Assembly (NCBI RefSeq): GCF_001194135.2
Contig: NC_068982.1
Location: 60,013,648-60,064,459 of the forward strand
Reading direction: 5' to 3'
Length of the DNA: 50,812 nucleotides
Origin: Octopus bimaculoides
Lineage: Eukaryota
Numbering within the stretch: position 1 is the stretch's first letter; each line of letters opens with the position of its first letter. Positions 24,633 through 37,835 of the stretch are shown here, piece by piece. Under the pieces are notes generated by a model that did not search any database, had not been told where the DNA came from, and was given only the letters and a program-made list of their open reading frames with translations. Both the position numbers and the translations under genes were made by a program.

Positions 24633-25015
24633 TGTAGGTGTGGCTTCATGGTGAGACGTTTGCTTTCCAACCATATGATTCTGAGTTCACTCCCACTGCA
24701 TGGTACCTTAGGCCAACCAAAGGAATGTGAGGAGAGGATTTGGTAGAGGGAAACTGGAAGAAGCCAGTCGTACATGTGTTTGTGTCTTTGAGTGTGTGTT
24801 TGTTCCCCCACCACCACCACCACTTGACAACTGGTGTTGGTGTGCTTACATCTCTGTGATTTAGTGGTTCAACAAAAGAGACCAAAGAATAAGTACCTGG
24901 TATGAAAAGATAAAAATAAATACTGGAGTCAATTTATTCAACTAAAAATTCTTCAAGGTGGTGCCCCAGCATGGCTGCAGTCTAATGACTGAAACTAGTA
25001 AAAGAATAAAAGAAT
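24633..25015 (+). mobile_element. SINE family A with a short internal deletion
   Basis: Head and AAAAGAATAAAAGAAT tail present; lacks the GGCAAGTGTCTTCTACTATAG segment. Confidence 0.85.
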
Positions 25016-25824
25016 GCAAAGAATCATTTATATTCATGATGTGTATGAACTATGTATTATTTAAATGATCATGAGGAAGGAATAGATGTAATACCACTAC
25101 CTCCATTCTTGGCTTTACTGCATTATACTCCATGACTTTTAAATTATCTTTGGCATTTCAGTTTGTAAGGAATGATTTCCTTTAAGGAAAACTATCCACA
25201 TTTACAAGAAAGCTAACTGAGAGAATCACTCAGGTTTCTGAATCTCCTTTAATGGACATACACACATACACATAAGTATATGATGGAATTGCTATCAAGC
25301 AAAAACAGAACTTAATACTTTGAAAAAGAAGGGAATAACATTTATACATTCAAAGTTGAAACTCTCTGAGTTGCTCCTCAGAGCTTTTTGTTACCTGAAG
25401 ACAAAGAGCAATTCAGGCATACTGAATTTAAATAAATTACACTCTTTATGAATATACACCTATGAAATTCTATTTTAATGAAATTGATGGGGTATTAACT
25501 CTTTAGCATTCAGATTAGTCTGGGCTGGATATGTTGTAATAGGAATTTGTTATAATGAGATCACCAAAAGCAAATAAATTCAGATATGCTGTTCTTTAGA
25601 CATGCACTAAAAATATGCAAAGTCGAGAGGTCAGAAAGATATCAGAATTTGTTTACCAATTTATAAAACGTAAGTTAGAACAAAAGTATTCCAGCCATGA
25701 TAATCTCATCTTTTATGGAATCCCTTGTTGTTAGTTTTTTTTTTTTTTCTCAGATTTTCTCACTGTGACACAGGTATTGCTCTGAGTTTCAGAAGCTCAC
25801 TTTGCAAACATGCAATTGATATGC

Positions 25825-26160
25825 TGGGCAAGTGTCTTCTACTATAGCCCTGGCCAACCAATGCCTGTAAGTAAATTTAGTAGAAAGAAGCTATGAGGAA
25901 ACCTGTCATATATACATGTGTGTTCATGTGTTTGTGTGTCTTTGCTTCTGTGTTGTGTTTGTCCCCATCCATGACTGACAACCCATCTTGGTTTGTTTAC
26001 ATCTCTGTAAGTTAGCAGGTCAGCAAAAAGAGACTGATAGAATAAGCACCTGACTTAAAAGAAACCTAAGTACTGGGTTCAAATTGTTTGACAAAACCTT
26101 TCAGGGTGGTGCTCTAGCATGGCTGCTGCCCAATGAGTGAAACAAGTAAAAGATAAAAGA
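25825..26160 (+). mobile_element. SINE family A, 5'-truncated
   Basis: Starts at GGGCAAGTGTCTTCTACTATAGCC; ends GAAACAAGTAAAAGATAAAAGA. Confidence 0.82.
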
Positions 26161-27569
26161 TGACTATTTTATAAGAATGAAAGCTTTCCAGCAGGGACCT
26201 TCACACTTTTAAACAACCAGACGTTTATCTTTGCAAATTCTCACTGTGACCATTATTAACATCTTTTTTTGGATTCAGAGATTTTTTTTTCACATTAGTA
26301 AGAACAAAAGCATTCTGCGACCCTCCTTTCTTTTTTCAAATTCAAATTTCAACTCAGAGACAATGCAAATCAAAATTAATCTGAGAACAATACAAATGAA
26401 AATTAAAAATAATAAATAGAATTTGTGGAGAATCACCTCTAAATTTGTCTAATACTGCCAAAAGCAACCTATCCATCTGACATTATCTGAGTATCTGCTA
26501 GTTCTCTATCAGTGGTTGGTTCTAGTGTGCTTTTTCTTTCTTTGTTTCTTTTTTCTTTTTTTTTTTGCAATTAACAACAGGTACAATAAAGCATTTCTTT
26601 TTTTCCCCAATTTATTTTGAACCATATTGTGGTTGAGTGATTTTTACACAGGGTGGCAGAAGAATCATAACTATTATGATTCTTCCTAAATTGTATCAAT
26701 TATTTTGAATTGTATTACATTCTAATAATACTATTATCAAAAGTCATTTTAAATTTTATTAGTAATTCATTCATTTTGTTCTCATATTAATTTAGGTTTG
26801 TAGTCTCTTATTTGAGGTGAAATTTGCATTTGAAAAAGGAAGGGATGAGCACAGTTGTAACATTTACATTGTTACTAATTTTCCAAAAAATCTCAGATGT
26901 CATGTTTGGAAAATATGAAAATTAAACACTGATTTCATTGCAGTTAGGATGCTTTCATTTTTATGAATGTTTCACAAATTGATAGATAAATTCTAATTTT
27001 CTGTTGACCTGATTGTTGAGATTCACAAATTTTCAATACATCTGACAATGTAGTTCTAACTGCAATCAACTGCATCTTGTCAGTGATATGATTTGTGATT
27101 TCACTGCACCTGGTTTGTAGTAAGGATGTTGGTTAGCGCATATATATATATATATATTTCAGGGATGTGCCACCTAGGTAGGCAAGGTAGGCTGTGTTTA
27201 CCTTGAATAAAATAGATCGATAGCAACATTTTCCTTTTATGGCAAAATATGTACCTAATTCAATAAAATAATGAAGGTTACTCTGATTACTATGTATAAA
27301 ATGGAAAATATTTTTCTTTTTTGTAGATTAGGTAGACATAATTCACCCCTGCTTTTCAATCTCAGTATTTAAGCTATGCATAGCCCTTCTGTAGTACATG
27401 TGCTGTGTACACTCCTACAACACTGTTTTCCTTACGTATTATGAAGGCAGAAGTAAATGTGCCTTCAACTCAGTCACTTGCCTGTATTTCACTTATTTCT
27501 TGTGTCTGTTTTACTACATAAAGGTCACCAACTGCCTACTCTGAGTAATTACTGATGGCACGTGCCTGA

Positions 27570-27625
<56 letters not shown>

Positions 27626-27642
27626 CATACATACATATACAC

Positions 27643-27863
27643 ATGAAGGTGTGCTGTAAAGTTCCTGGCTTTCAGTAAAAGAAAATGCAGGAGGATCAGT
27701 TAGTTATGATTCTATTTAACATATTCCCCTCTCAGACTCCCACACTTATTACAACACTCCCTCAGTTTTTGCTAAAACATCTAAAATAACTTGGATGGTT
27801 GGGCCTCTAACCAGGTCTTTCACAATACTCTTGAAGCCCAAAACTTTTCAGTACCCCCTCTTA
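27643..27863. mobile_element. Tc1/mariner-type MITE
   Basis: Degenerate ~28-bp TIRs ATGAAGGTGTGCTGTAAAGTTCCTGGC and GCCCAAAACTTTTCAGTACCCCCTCTTA, embedded in TA repeats. Confidence 0.65.
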
Positions 27864-28528
27864 TATATATATATATATATATTGCAAAAACCCATGTAAT
27901 TTATGCATTTTTTTGCAATAATAAAAATTAAACTTTATTGGGGTGCATAAATTACAGGAATAGATCATTTCCAGAATTTTTTTGACATTTTTTGTTGAAA
28001 AAAATACGTACAAAACATAAACATTCATACTGGAAGTTGACTCATTTAATGTCAGAATAGGTTTTTACAGAAAAAATAAAGGCTTAGATAAAATGAAGTT
28101 GACTTTTATTTATGCTGGACGGTATAATGCTTACTTTTTCTGTACGTCCGGGCCATATTTTACAGTGCTTGGAGTTTCTACCTATTGCAATGGAGCATCA
28201 TTGACATACATAATGATATGGATATTCCTGATTGAAAAAATGTAATGATATGGATAATCTTGATTGTATGTTTTTTATTTTTCTCTGTTAATTACTAGGC
28301 ACAGTTTTGAGTTTGTCGTACTGTTTATGCCAATTTCAAACATTTTCTTCCTTAACATTAAAATTTTTTCTGGCAGCTCTATTGCCACATTCAAATGCAT
28401 ATTCAACATATCTAATTTCCCCTTTGCAGTAAACGATTTATAAGTTCTGTCCATAATAGTAATGACAAATTTTAAAGTTTGTTTGACATTTTATAAGTGT
28501 GAAAGGGATTAAAATTTTAATACTCCTT

Positions 28529-28674
28529 ACAGTTTCCATCTGCTAAATCCATTCACAATTTTTTGCTAGTCTTTGACACTATAGTATAAATACTTTCACA
28601 AGGTGCAGTACCATGGGATTGAACTTCAGACCACATAGTTAGGAATCAAGCTTATCAACAACACAGCCATACCT
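28529..28674 (-). mobile_element. Old SINE family A, 5' half
   Basis: CAGTTTCCATCT.CTAAATCCA.TCACAA..CAACACAGCCATACC. Confidence 0.65.
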
Positions 28675-29355
28675 AAAAAGTTGTTCATTTTCTGTTAGAT
28701 ATTTCTGTATTGCTCAAGACATGTCATCGATAATTTTTTGCATTTTTAAATAATAATTATGGTAAATAATAATTATGGTAAATAATCTTTAAGAAATTTT
28801 TTTCCTAAATATCTATCTTAATTGACTTTTGTTTAATTGTTGTTATTATCAACAGATTAATTTCTAATTTCAGAAAAAAATATTAGTTATTGGAAAATAA
28901 CCTATGACTTAAAAGTTTAAGTACTATATTACTTCATTCTTTGTTTTCTGATGTTGCTGGTGTTGTTTTTTATCTTTATTATTTATTTTCTCTTTGTCTT
29001 GATTTTCAAGTTGGAGAAAGAAAAAAGTATTATTGTAAAATAATACTGTAATAAAACAAATATTGTAATAAATTAGTTAAAAGTGCAAAAACCAATTTTT
29101 ACTGATAAACTGAAAATAATTTATCAATTGAAGTTAATTTATTGATAAATCTATTGATACATTTGACTCTTTCTGTCTCTCATATTGGAAGAAAGGAAAA
29201 AAAGAGAAAAGAAAAATAAAAGAGAAAAAAGTTATATTGTAGTAAAAGCAAGATATTTAGCTATTTAGTTGAATGTTATATAATGTTATGTTGTTGTTGT
29301 TAAACCCCAAGTCAAATCTGGACAAACCTATGATCAGAGATGTTCAAGTCATGAC

Positions 29356-29457
29356 TATCTCACCAAAGGTATCTCACCAAAGGTATCTCACCAAAGGTAT
29401 CNNNNNNNNNNATCTCACCAAAGGTATCTCACCAAAGGTATCTCACCAAAGGTATCT
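29356..29457. repeat. 14-bp tandem repeat (TATCTCACCAAAGG)n across a gap
   Basis: Three identical units on each side of the 10-N gap. Confidence 0.85.
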
Positions 29458-29799
29458 AGAACAATATAATCCAATGTGTCCCTTTTTATGTATTTTATGT
29501 TTTTTTGGACAGTATGATGATTTAAGGGATATTTTGTCATCATATCTAGCTAGTTTAGTGAACACACAGAAAATCCATATTTGGTTAGTCCTATAAGATG
29601 TTTTCAAGCTGAATAAAAAAAATCATCACCATTCTTAATCATCCTGAATACAAAAAGCTCATTATATGACTGTCATTCATTTTACAGACCCTAAGATAGA
29701 TGGGAAGTTTAAATTTATTAAGACAGAAACCATGAAATCTTAAGTTTAATAACTTCCAACTCCACTAAATTGGTGTTGCCCTTTTTTTTTTGCAATTCC

Positions 29800-29935
29800 T
29801 TAATCAGGAGAGATGGTAGAGTCCATGTTCTTTTATAAGGTCTCTGTGACTGACAGAAGAAACTAGAAATGTTTGCAACACAGTGGACTCTATTAAAAGT
29901 GTCCAAAGACACAGTGGTGATGTTAAACCAGTAAT
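29800..29935 (+). mobile_element. Possible decayed RTE-like LINE fragment
   Basis: VHVLL*GLCD*QKKLEMFATQWTLLKVSKD resembles RTE xVLLYGxExW..KKLEAFExWxLRRILKVSW. Confidence 0.4.
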
Positions 29936-30051
29936 GGAATAAGTCTATCACAAGTAGGCCATTGCAGGATTTGAATTCAGAACACAGACAACCAGAACAA
30001 ATACCACAAAACATTATATTTGAATTCCTAATAATTCTACAAGTCTAACAT

Positions 30052-30184
30052 CCATAACTTATACTTTACTTACCAACTCCAGAAGAATGAAAGGTAAAGT
30101 CAGCCACAGAAGGATTTGAACTCAGAATCCAAGAAGCTACAAGATGCTTCAATCCAATGCTTTAACAACTCTGCCAAACTGCTG
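30052..30184 (-). mobile_element. SINE family C, 5' part
   Basis: GAATGAAAGGTAAAGTC..GATTTGAACTCAGAA..CTCTGCCAA; homologous to 44750-44860. Confidence 0.7.
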
Positions 30185-32686
30185 AATGAGTGAATTACTT
30201 GCAGCTATTTTAGAGAGTTCGATAACATAAGCTGCTCTTCTATTTTTGAAATATAATAGCTTTACTGCCAAATCTTCCAACGTTCACAGCCACCTGAATA
30301 TCTAAAAACTGTTGTGATTGTGCAACAATTAATCAAGTTACTAATCAATAAACATATCATTTCTAATAAGTAGAGTTCAATAAATATTTTCATATTACAT
30401 GACAAAATATTGGAATATAAAATAGGAAAATAGGAAAAAATTAATCGAAATGTTGAAGAAAAGATATATAAAGAAAATAATTCCAGTTATATTAATAACC
30501 TTAATTGAGCTTTGAAACCAGAGAATAACAGTGATGTATGACCGAATAGAAGAAATGTAAGAGAAATTGTAATCATTAGGATCATAACTTTTATAAACAC
30601 CAATAAAAGTAATTGTATCTTGATCCAATAATTGTTTAATTGTTAACCCTGGTTAACATTTTTGTAAGAATACTTCTGAAATAGAATCGCTCGTCTGTTG
30701 AATTGGTAAAATGTATTCTGAATGAAGTATTACTCCTGCAGTTAGATATGATAACGGAATTGCTATTTGGTATCTCAGTCTGCTGGAGATAGCAGCCAAA
30801 ACTCCTTTTATTGATACCTGCCACCTTACAAAGAGAAGTATACATTGGACAATGTAGTCCCTATTATATGAAAAAATGGAAAGGACATGAAGGGAATGTC
30901 AGTGAGCATAGGTTTGCTCAATTAGTAGGACTATGACTACATTCCTACTTTTGCCATGGAATATGATGAAAGTGTACTTAAATCATATAAAATTCAACTT
31001 GCACTTTGCTGTATTTTCTATAAGTAGAGTTTGTATAAGTTCTAAAGATCTATACATATCTAAAGATCATGACTAGATCAATAACATATGTTCTATCTTT
31101 CTAACCTCATTGGCAACCGATATCAAGTCTTTAAAAGCAGAAAGATTCATGTGGTCCCATATGTGGGATTCCAAAAAGATTATAGATAAAAAAAAGACAA
31201 CTTTCACTTACCAGGAATAAATATACTCTGAGAAAATGAAATGAAATTTTGAGGTTATTACTAAACTTGATTTTAATAGCAGTTGAGGTGGGGGCTAATA
31301 TAAAAACAAATATTCTTGTCATATATATTTTGAATAATTCAGAAAACTTGAAAAGAAGAAAAAAAATCAACTGAGACCTTGAAATCATAATTCATTACAA
31401 AAAAACAAAGAAAAGAAAAAATAATGGTAATAAATGTTTTCCTTATTTGTTTTTATAAACTAATAGATAATAGAAATTCCCAATGTGGTTTCGTTTTTTT
31501 AGCCTAAAAACACATAAAAAGGTAGATAAATCTATCAAGAAATACAAACTGGTAATTTGATATATTTATACACCGGTAACTCACCACAGCAATTTATATA
31601 CAAAATTCAACTCTGCTGAGATGCAGTCAGCTGCAAACTTGACATTTGATTTAAATCACCGAACGATACAAGCACATAGAAAATTTGATTCAATATAGAA
31701 TTGTAAAATCACTGCCAGAAAATATGATATATCATATTATGGCAATAAAAAGAGCAATAACTGACTGTGGTGACATATAAACTGTTCGATTAATGGCAAT
31801 ATAGAGTGTGATCTTTAGTCAAATAATTTTCCTATCTTTTTTTTTTTCTTTCTCCTCTTTCTCTTCTGATATCCCAAACTGTTAAAACTGCAAGGAAATG
31901 CACAATAATTTTGACATATATTTTGGTTTCATGTAAGTCTGTTGAAGAATAATTTACAGCAGGCAGGTAAATATGGCTGACACAGAAAAGCAACAGATGT
32001 AAATTAACAGCAGTGTCTAGATTCCAGGTTCGAATCCTATCAACTTGCAAAATAAGTACCAATAATCTAATAGAATCAATTACATTGCTATCCAAACAAG
32101 GATTTTTTTATGGGAAGCAATAATAACTGCTGCAAGTAATATTAAAAATGAGATTGTTGAGAAATTGACAAAATCAGTTGATGAGAGAATATTTAAAGTT
32201 ATAGATGGTAAAGGAGGCTATATAAAGATATAAAATATATACATAATTGTTTGTAAATATAATTATATAGTCGAAGATATACGTATATATTAATGGTCTG
32301 GTTATGTATAGTTCTATATGTAAACCACATTACGTGTAGTTAATATAATATTTGTCAACTTGCCTAATGAAAAGGAACACCCTATAAAAGTGTTTTTCTT
32401 CATTTCCGCTTTAAATGGTTTAGACGAAAAGTACACGAGACATGGGATATATAATCCTACGTATCCCATAAAAATTTCAAGAAAATCAGACAAGGGTTTT
32501 GATTTTATTGAGGAATGATTGACCTGCATAATAAAAAGCAACATACTGTATTATATTCCACATTCTGAAACATTTGCAATTTGTGTTTAAAGCAAAACAT
32601 TGTTGCCCCTGCCATCTCCACTGCACATTTCCTGATTGAAATGAATTTTTTGTTTTTATTTCATTTTCGTTATTTTTCAGGGTTTT

Positions 32687-33335
32687 CATCAACATCATCA
32701 TCATCGTTTAACGTCCGTTTTTCCATGCTGGCATGGGTTGGACGGTTTGACTAGGGACTGTTGAGCCAGATGGCTGCACCAGGCTCCAATCTGATCTGGC
32801 AGAGTTTCTACAGCTGGATTCCCTTCCTAATGCCAACCATTCTGAGAGTGTAGTGGGTGCTTTTACATGCCACCAGTATGAGGGCCAGTCAGGTGGTACT
32901 GGTAACAGCCATGTTCAAATGGTGTCTTTACACGTCACCTGCACAGGAGCCAGTCCAGCAGCACTGGCAACGCCCTCGCTCGAATGTTGTTCTTCACGTG
33001 CCANNNNNNNNNNNNNNNNNNNNNNNNNNNNNNNNNNNNNNNNNNNNNNNNNNNNNNNNNNNNNNNNNNNNNNNNNNNNNNNNNNNNNNNNNNNNNNNNN
33101 NNNNNNNNNNNNNNNNNNNNNNNNNNNNNNNNNNNNNNNNNNNNNNNNNNNNNNNNNNNNNNNNNNNNNNNNNNNNNNNNNNNNNNNNNNNNNNNNNNNN
33201 NNNNNNNNNNNNNNNNNNNNNNNNNNNNNNNNNNNNNNNNNNNNNNNNNNNNNNNNNNNNNNATGCAGTGCTGTCATCGAATTTGATTTCGATTTCACTT
33301 GCCTCAACAGGTCTTCGCAAGCAGAGCTTAGTGTC
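32687..33335 (-). mobile_element. RTE LINE 3' UTR fragment (spans a gap)
   Basis: CATCATCATCGTTTAACGTCCG..CCATGCTGGCATGGGTTGGAC tail and CTACAGCTGGA..CCTTCCTAATGCCAACC shared with the coding-linked copies at 36692 and 40911. Confidence 0.8.
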
Positions 33336-35389
33336 AAATGAAAGAAAGGTACGCCTAAGTGGGCTGGTTACACCACTGGCATAGGCCACGGGTTTTACAT
33401 ATATATATTTTTGCCATGCTGCAAAACTTTTTTCTATACGACATAAAAATTAAATTAACAGGAAAGCAGGAATATATAATGACTTACCTGACCTACATTG
33501 ACATAATTCCACCCAAATTAATATTAGTTACTATTTTTTCATCTCCCACACAAGACAAAAAGTCAAATACAAAGAAATACCTGGGACATCCCATCTGTTT
33601 AAATTTTCTGTTTGTTCCTTTGTTGCATTTCTGTTCAAATTTTGGAATATATATATATATATATAGATGAAAGTAAAGAATACGTACACCTGGTGGTTAG
33701 GGTTTTTGCTAAACTGAAAATGGGTGGTGTATGTATTCTTTACCTCCGCCCATATGTGTGTATATTTTTGGCTGATGAAACTAGCAAAGGATATGAGCAG
33801 TAATGAGAAAGCAAGATATAATTGAAAAAAATCGTCATTTTCACTGTATACAGAGATCTGGAATGATTATTCACATATTTATTAACGCGCATCTAGGCAA
33901 ATACAGACGCAAAATATGTTGATCACTGTAGTGAACATCATAATAGAATAACTTCTTTTTACAATGACAGTGTTCAACACTCTGCTCATTGATGCAAGGC
34001 ATTCTGGAACACCGATGTTTCAACCTTTTGGGTTTCTCATGTGTCTGAACTTGCCTGGAAGTGCTAAGAATAAATACGTTAATAATCGTTCCAGATTTTG
34101 ATGAACATGGTGCAAATAATGAATTTTTTTTATCCGTTGGCAAATATAAGCATCTATCAGAAAACAATGCATATACAGAAAGTATAAACAAAGCCAATGG
34201 CTTAGTTTAGGCTCAGAGTTCCAGTTGTATCTGGCTGACAAGATTCAATATATTGGAACATCGATATCCCAGAATATCATGTGTCAATGAGTCAAATCTG
34301 TTGAACACAGTGTTGTCATAAAAGGGAGAGGTTATTCTCCTATGATGTATACTACACCGACCAGCATTTTTTGCATTTGAGCCAGCCTAAATGTGTTCAG
34401 AATAATTATGCAAATAGAATAAAATTGGGACACTAGAAACAAAGTTTCTTGAGCTGTTTATTCTGCATCTCTCTTGTCAATATTGCAATAAAAAACGCAC
34501 TAAACTACTAATTAGTTCTCCAGAAATCTGTATTGCTTAAAAATCACAATATAAGAAGAAAAATATTTAAATTATTTGGGGATATTTCTTCAGCCTAAAG
34601 CATCGCAAAGACTTTATAATAATAGTAAGAAAGGGAAAGAAGAAAGAAATAAAGAAAGGATAATATCTATACATAATTTACCGCTCATATAATGCAGAAA
34701 GACATGAAATATATAATGATTATCATGTAATTAAACAGGGTCATTATTAAAAGTAACAAATACCTATTAAGATATATCTATTTAATGAACATTATACTAA
34801 TTAATTATGCTATTAACAGTGTAATCTTATAGTTAATAGCCTGATTTCTGCATGAAATATATTATCAAGATCAAGTAAGTATATTAATTATTGAGCATGA
34901 TTTTATCACATTGCCTGACAAATGTATAATACAGGATACATTCAATATTTTTATAATCTCTCTAGCAACAAGATAAATGCTTGAGAAGCTTAACATTTCT
35001 TTTCCTTTATTTCCTGACTTTATTTATTTTTATTTTTAATTTCAGTGATGTGAGACACTCATTTTGTCAGAGTTGATATCACCTTCTGGCCCACGAATGC
35101 ATTTAATGCAATTTTGTCTGTTAAAAACACTCAAACATGGCACCTGACAAGTGGTTTTCATGATCCTATGGGGCCCAACCAGCTTGTATATAATTCTCCA
35201 GAAGCCAAAAACTAAAACTAAACCTGGCGGACATTTTCTCATCTTTCCTCTAGAATCTGATCAAAACTAGATCCCACTCATTTCTTCTTACTTACAAACC
35301 ACATACCCTTTTCTTTTCTGAAACACAAACCTCTTGACTTTTATTTATATTTTATCTGTATTATCCAAGCAACATTTAGCATAAACTTC

Positions 35390-36660
35390 TCTCTGAAAGG
35401 TGGTGTCTGTGTACTCTCAGATTCCAGCATCTCTGCTCTTCACCTCTCTCACCTGAATATCTGCAACAAAGATTTCCCGTTAACCTGGTTCAAACTCTCA
35501 CTCGCTACTCATCTCAAAAACATCTGCTTTCAGTACTATTCCCTGACAAATTCCTCAGACCACCAACAATGGTTTGGTCATACTTCTTCCTGCATTAACA
35601 GCATCTGTCTCACTTCACCCCTCTCTGAATTCCCTATTCTCAGTGATTTCAGCCACTTACAATTTGTCTTGGTTCTCACATTTATCTGATAAATATTGTT
35701 CATGCAGAAACTGAGCTTCTTTGCAGACCTCTACCCACTTATTACATCAACTAGTTTTATCCCCTAGATGCACCCTTCGCCAGCACACAGACACTCTACT
35801 CTTTATCTATTCTTCACCTCCAAATTCATCTTCTACCATTTATGTGTGTACCTACTTACAATTGCATTTTATGCAATGTTACAATTGTCTAGATCCTTTG
35901 GCACTTTGAATCAGCTGACTTGAGCCCCATCAATTCTACTCTTAACTATCCTTAGCAGCCACAAGCATAGCTAGAATGAGTGTCACCCAGGGCAGCCCTT
36001 CCATTTGCCCCCTCCTCTGGACTCCACAAAAAACACATATTGCCTACAGCAGACCCAAAAGTGGTGCCTCTTTAAAAGTGCCGCCCCCAGCTACACTAAT
36101 GCTAGCAGCACTTGTGTTTCACCTCCGACTCATCAGAAATAGCTAGGCAGGTAACTGAATGCCTCTGCTTAAGCATGTCCTCCACATCCCACATAATCAA
36201 AACTCACAGCCCTAAGTCTCCCAAGAGTTTCACTCATAGTAGTGTTTCAGCAGTTTGGACAAAGAGCACAATCTCAAAATATTGAATGGTTTTTTTTTAC
36301 CTAGCACAACAATCCTTGCAAGACTCATCTGAACCATGCTTCTGTGCATCCCAACCTGTAAGCTCTATCACGACTTTGTGGAATACTTCAATCTTCCACT
36401 TCTCAACCATGATGTTTCTACAAGCAGTCTTCCGTTGTGAAAGCATCCACATTTACTGCCTGTTTTGCATCCAGTTCTACACTGAACTGTCTATTCTAAC
36501 AAGCGTTCTATCATATGTACATACAAGTCAAGTGTGGAAGCACCTGCAGTTACTTAAAATCAACAAGATTACTGGCCCTTACAATGTCTCATTCAATATC
36601 CTCAATGTCAACCTATCTTCACTAAACTTTCCTTAATCATTCTTTTTCTCTCTCACCCTA
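35390..36660 (+). mobile_element. Old CR1-group LINE: AP-endonuclease and linker region
   Basis: KGGVCV..WFKLSL..NICFQYYS, LHQLV, KASTFTACFASSSTLN and VWKHLQLLKINKITGPYNV match recalled EN and pre-RT motifs (GGVCxY; KAxLFAxxF; KAxGPDGI). Many stops and frameshifts. Confidence 0.7.
35963..36100. mobile_element. Possible small MITE inside the CR1-like LINE
   Basis: Degenerate inverted ends CATAGCTAG..CAGCTACAC around TGTCACCCAGGGC..GCCGCCCC; interrupts the LINE homology. Confidence 0.35.
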
Positions 36661-36691
36661 CGTATTTATGTGTGTATATAAATTGGCAAAG

Positions 36692-37525
36692 CATCATCGT
36701 CTAACATGATATGAGTTGGATAGCTTGATAGGAACTGGCAAGGCCAAGGGCAACACCAGGTCCCATTGTCTGTTTTTGCCTGGTTTCTACAGCTGGATGC
36801 CCTTTCTAATGCCAACCCCTTTACAGAGTGTACTAGATGCTTTTTACAGGGTGCCATCACCAGTGCTTTTTACATGGCACCAGCACCCACACCAATGCTT
36901 TTTACATGGCATTTTGGTTTAAGGATTTCAATTCTATTGTGATGGATATGTCTTCTTGACTACAGCAATGTGCAATATGTCTCAGTCCTCTGTCATTTCC
37001 TTTATCTGGCTCAGCCTTTTCAGATTTCAGTATTTCATCCAATTGGGTCTCTGTCTTCCACAACTTTCCTCTGCTTTAAGTGATCAGCACTTCTTTATGT
37101 AACTGTCCTCATCCATCCACATTACATGACCAAACCAGTGGTGTCTTCTCTCCTGCACACCACATTTTATTCCACTTAAGCCCAACTTCTCTCTCAATAC
37201 ACCTGTACTCTGTTGTACATGTACACTAACATTGCACATCCTGTGGAACATGCTAGCTTCTTTCCTCTCCAGCTTTTGCTTCTTCTCCACATTCAGAGCC
37301 CACATCTCACTATGATGCAGCATCACAGTTCGTTCACATGCATCATACAGTCTCCCCTTCACTCAGAGAGAGAGAGAGAGAGAGAGTTTTGGTTGCCAAC
37401 AGAGGTAAGAGCTCTCTGAACTTTCTCCATCCTATTCTTATTCTAGCAATAACACTTTCTGTACAACCTCCTCCTGTTAATTAGGTCACCGAGATAGCAA
37501 AAGTTATCTACAACTTCCTAAGTGT
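36692..37525 (-). mobile_element. 5'-truncated RTE LINE (RT C-terminus to tail)
   Basis: EVVDNFCYLGDLI..VIARIRIGWRKFRELLPLLATK, then track ORF 37084-37362 KGRLYDAC..LREKLGLSGIKCGVQERRHHWFGHVMWMDED, then the 3' UTR. Confidence 0.92.
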
Positions 37526-37835
37526 TGAATTAAATTTCAAAGTTACTGTCAACCTTTTCCTTGTAAATGCTTAATCAACTTGTATTCAACTTGAAAGTAT
37601 TAAGTAATCCTTCAGTTTAATGTTAAATTAGTTCTGCGCATAACTTGACAAAAAAACAAACATTAACCATCATCATCGCCAGCTGGTCAAGTTTGCTTGG
37701 ATATGTGTAGCCCGCACATACCACACACTGTCCTGCATTAGATGAAGGAGGTCCAGTATGTCTGGTGAGTTGTTCTACATACGCTGTGTTCAAATGATCT
37801 GCCCATACACAGCCAAACTTTTATAGATACATATT

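Noticed and set aside
25754-25773. Possible 20-nt microexon
   Set aside because: Acceptor is just a poly-T run and the donor GTATTG is weak.
28750-28787. Small local tandem duplications (also ~13725-13785)
   Set aside because: Ordinary slippage products.
32020-32045. GGTTCGAATCC B box suggesting a tRNA
   Set aside because: No cloverleaf or A box; most likely a SINE head remnant.
36100-36150. Minus-strand CUGAUGA..GAAA hammerhead-like string
   Set aside because: Stem II is weak (two G-U pairs), the triplet is non-cleavable GUG, stem I is unpaired, and it overlaps the family F GAAATAGC motif.
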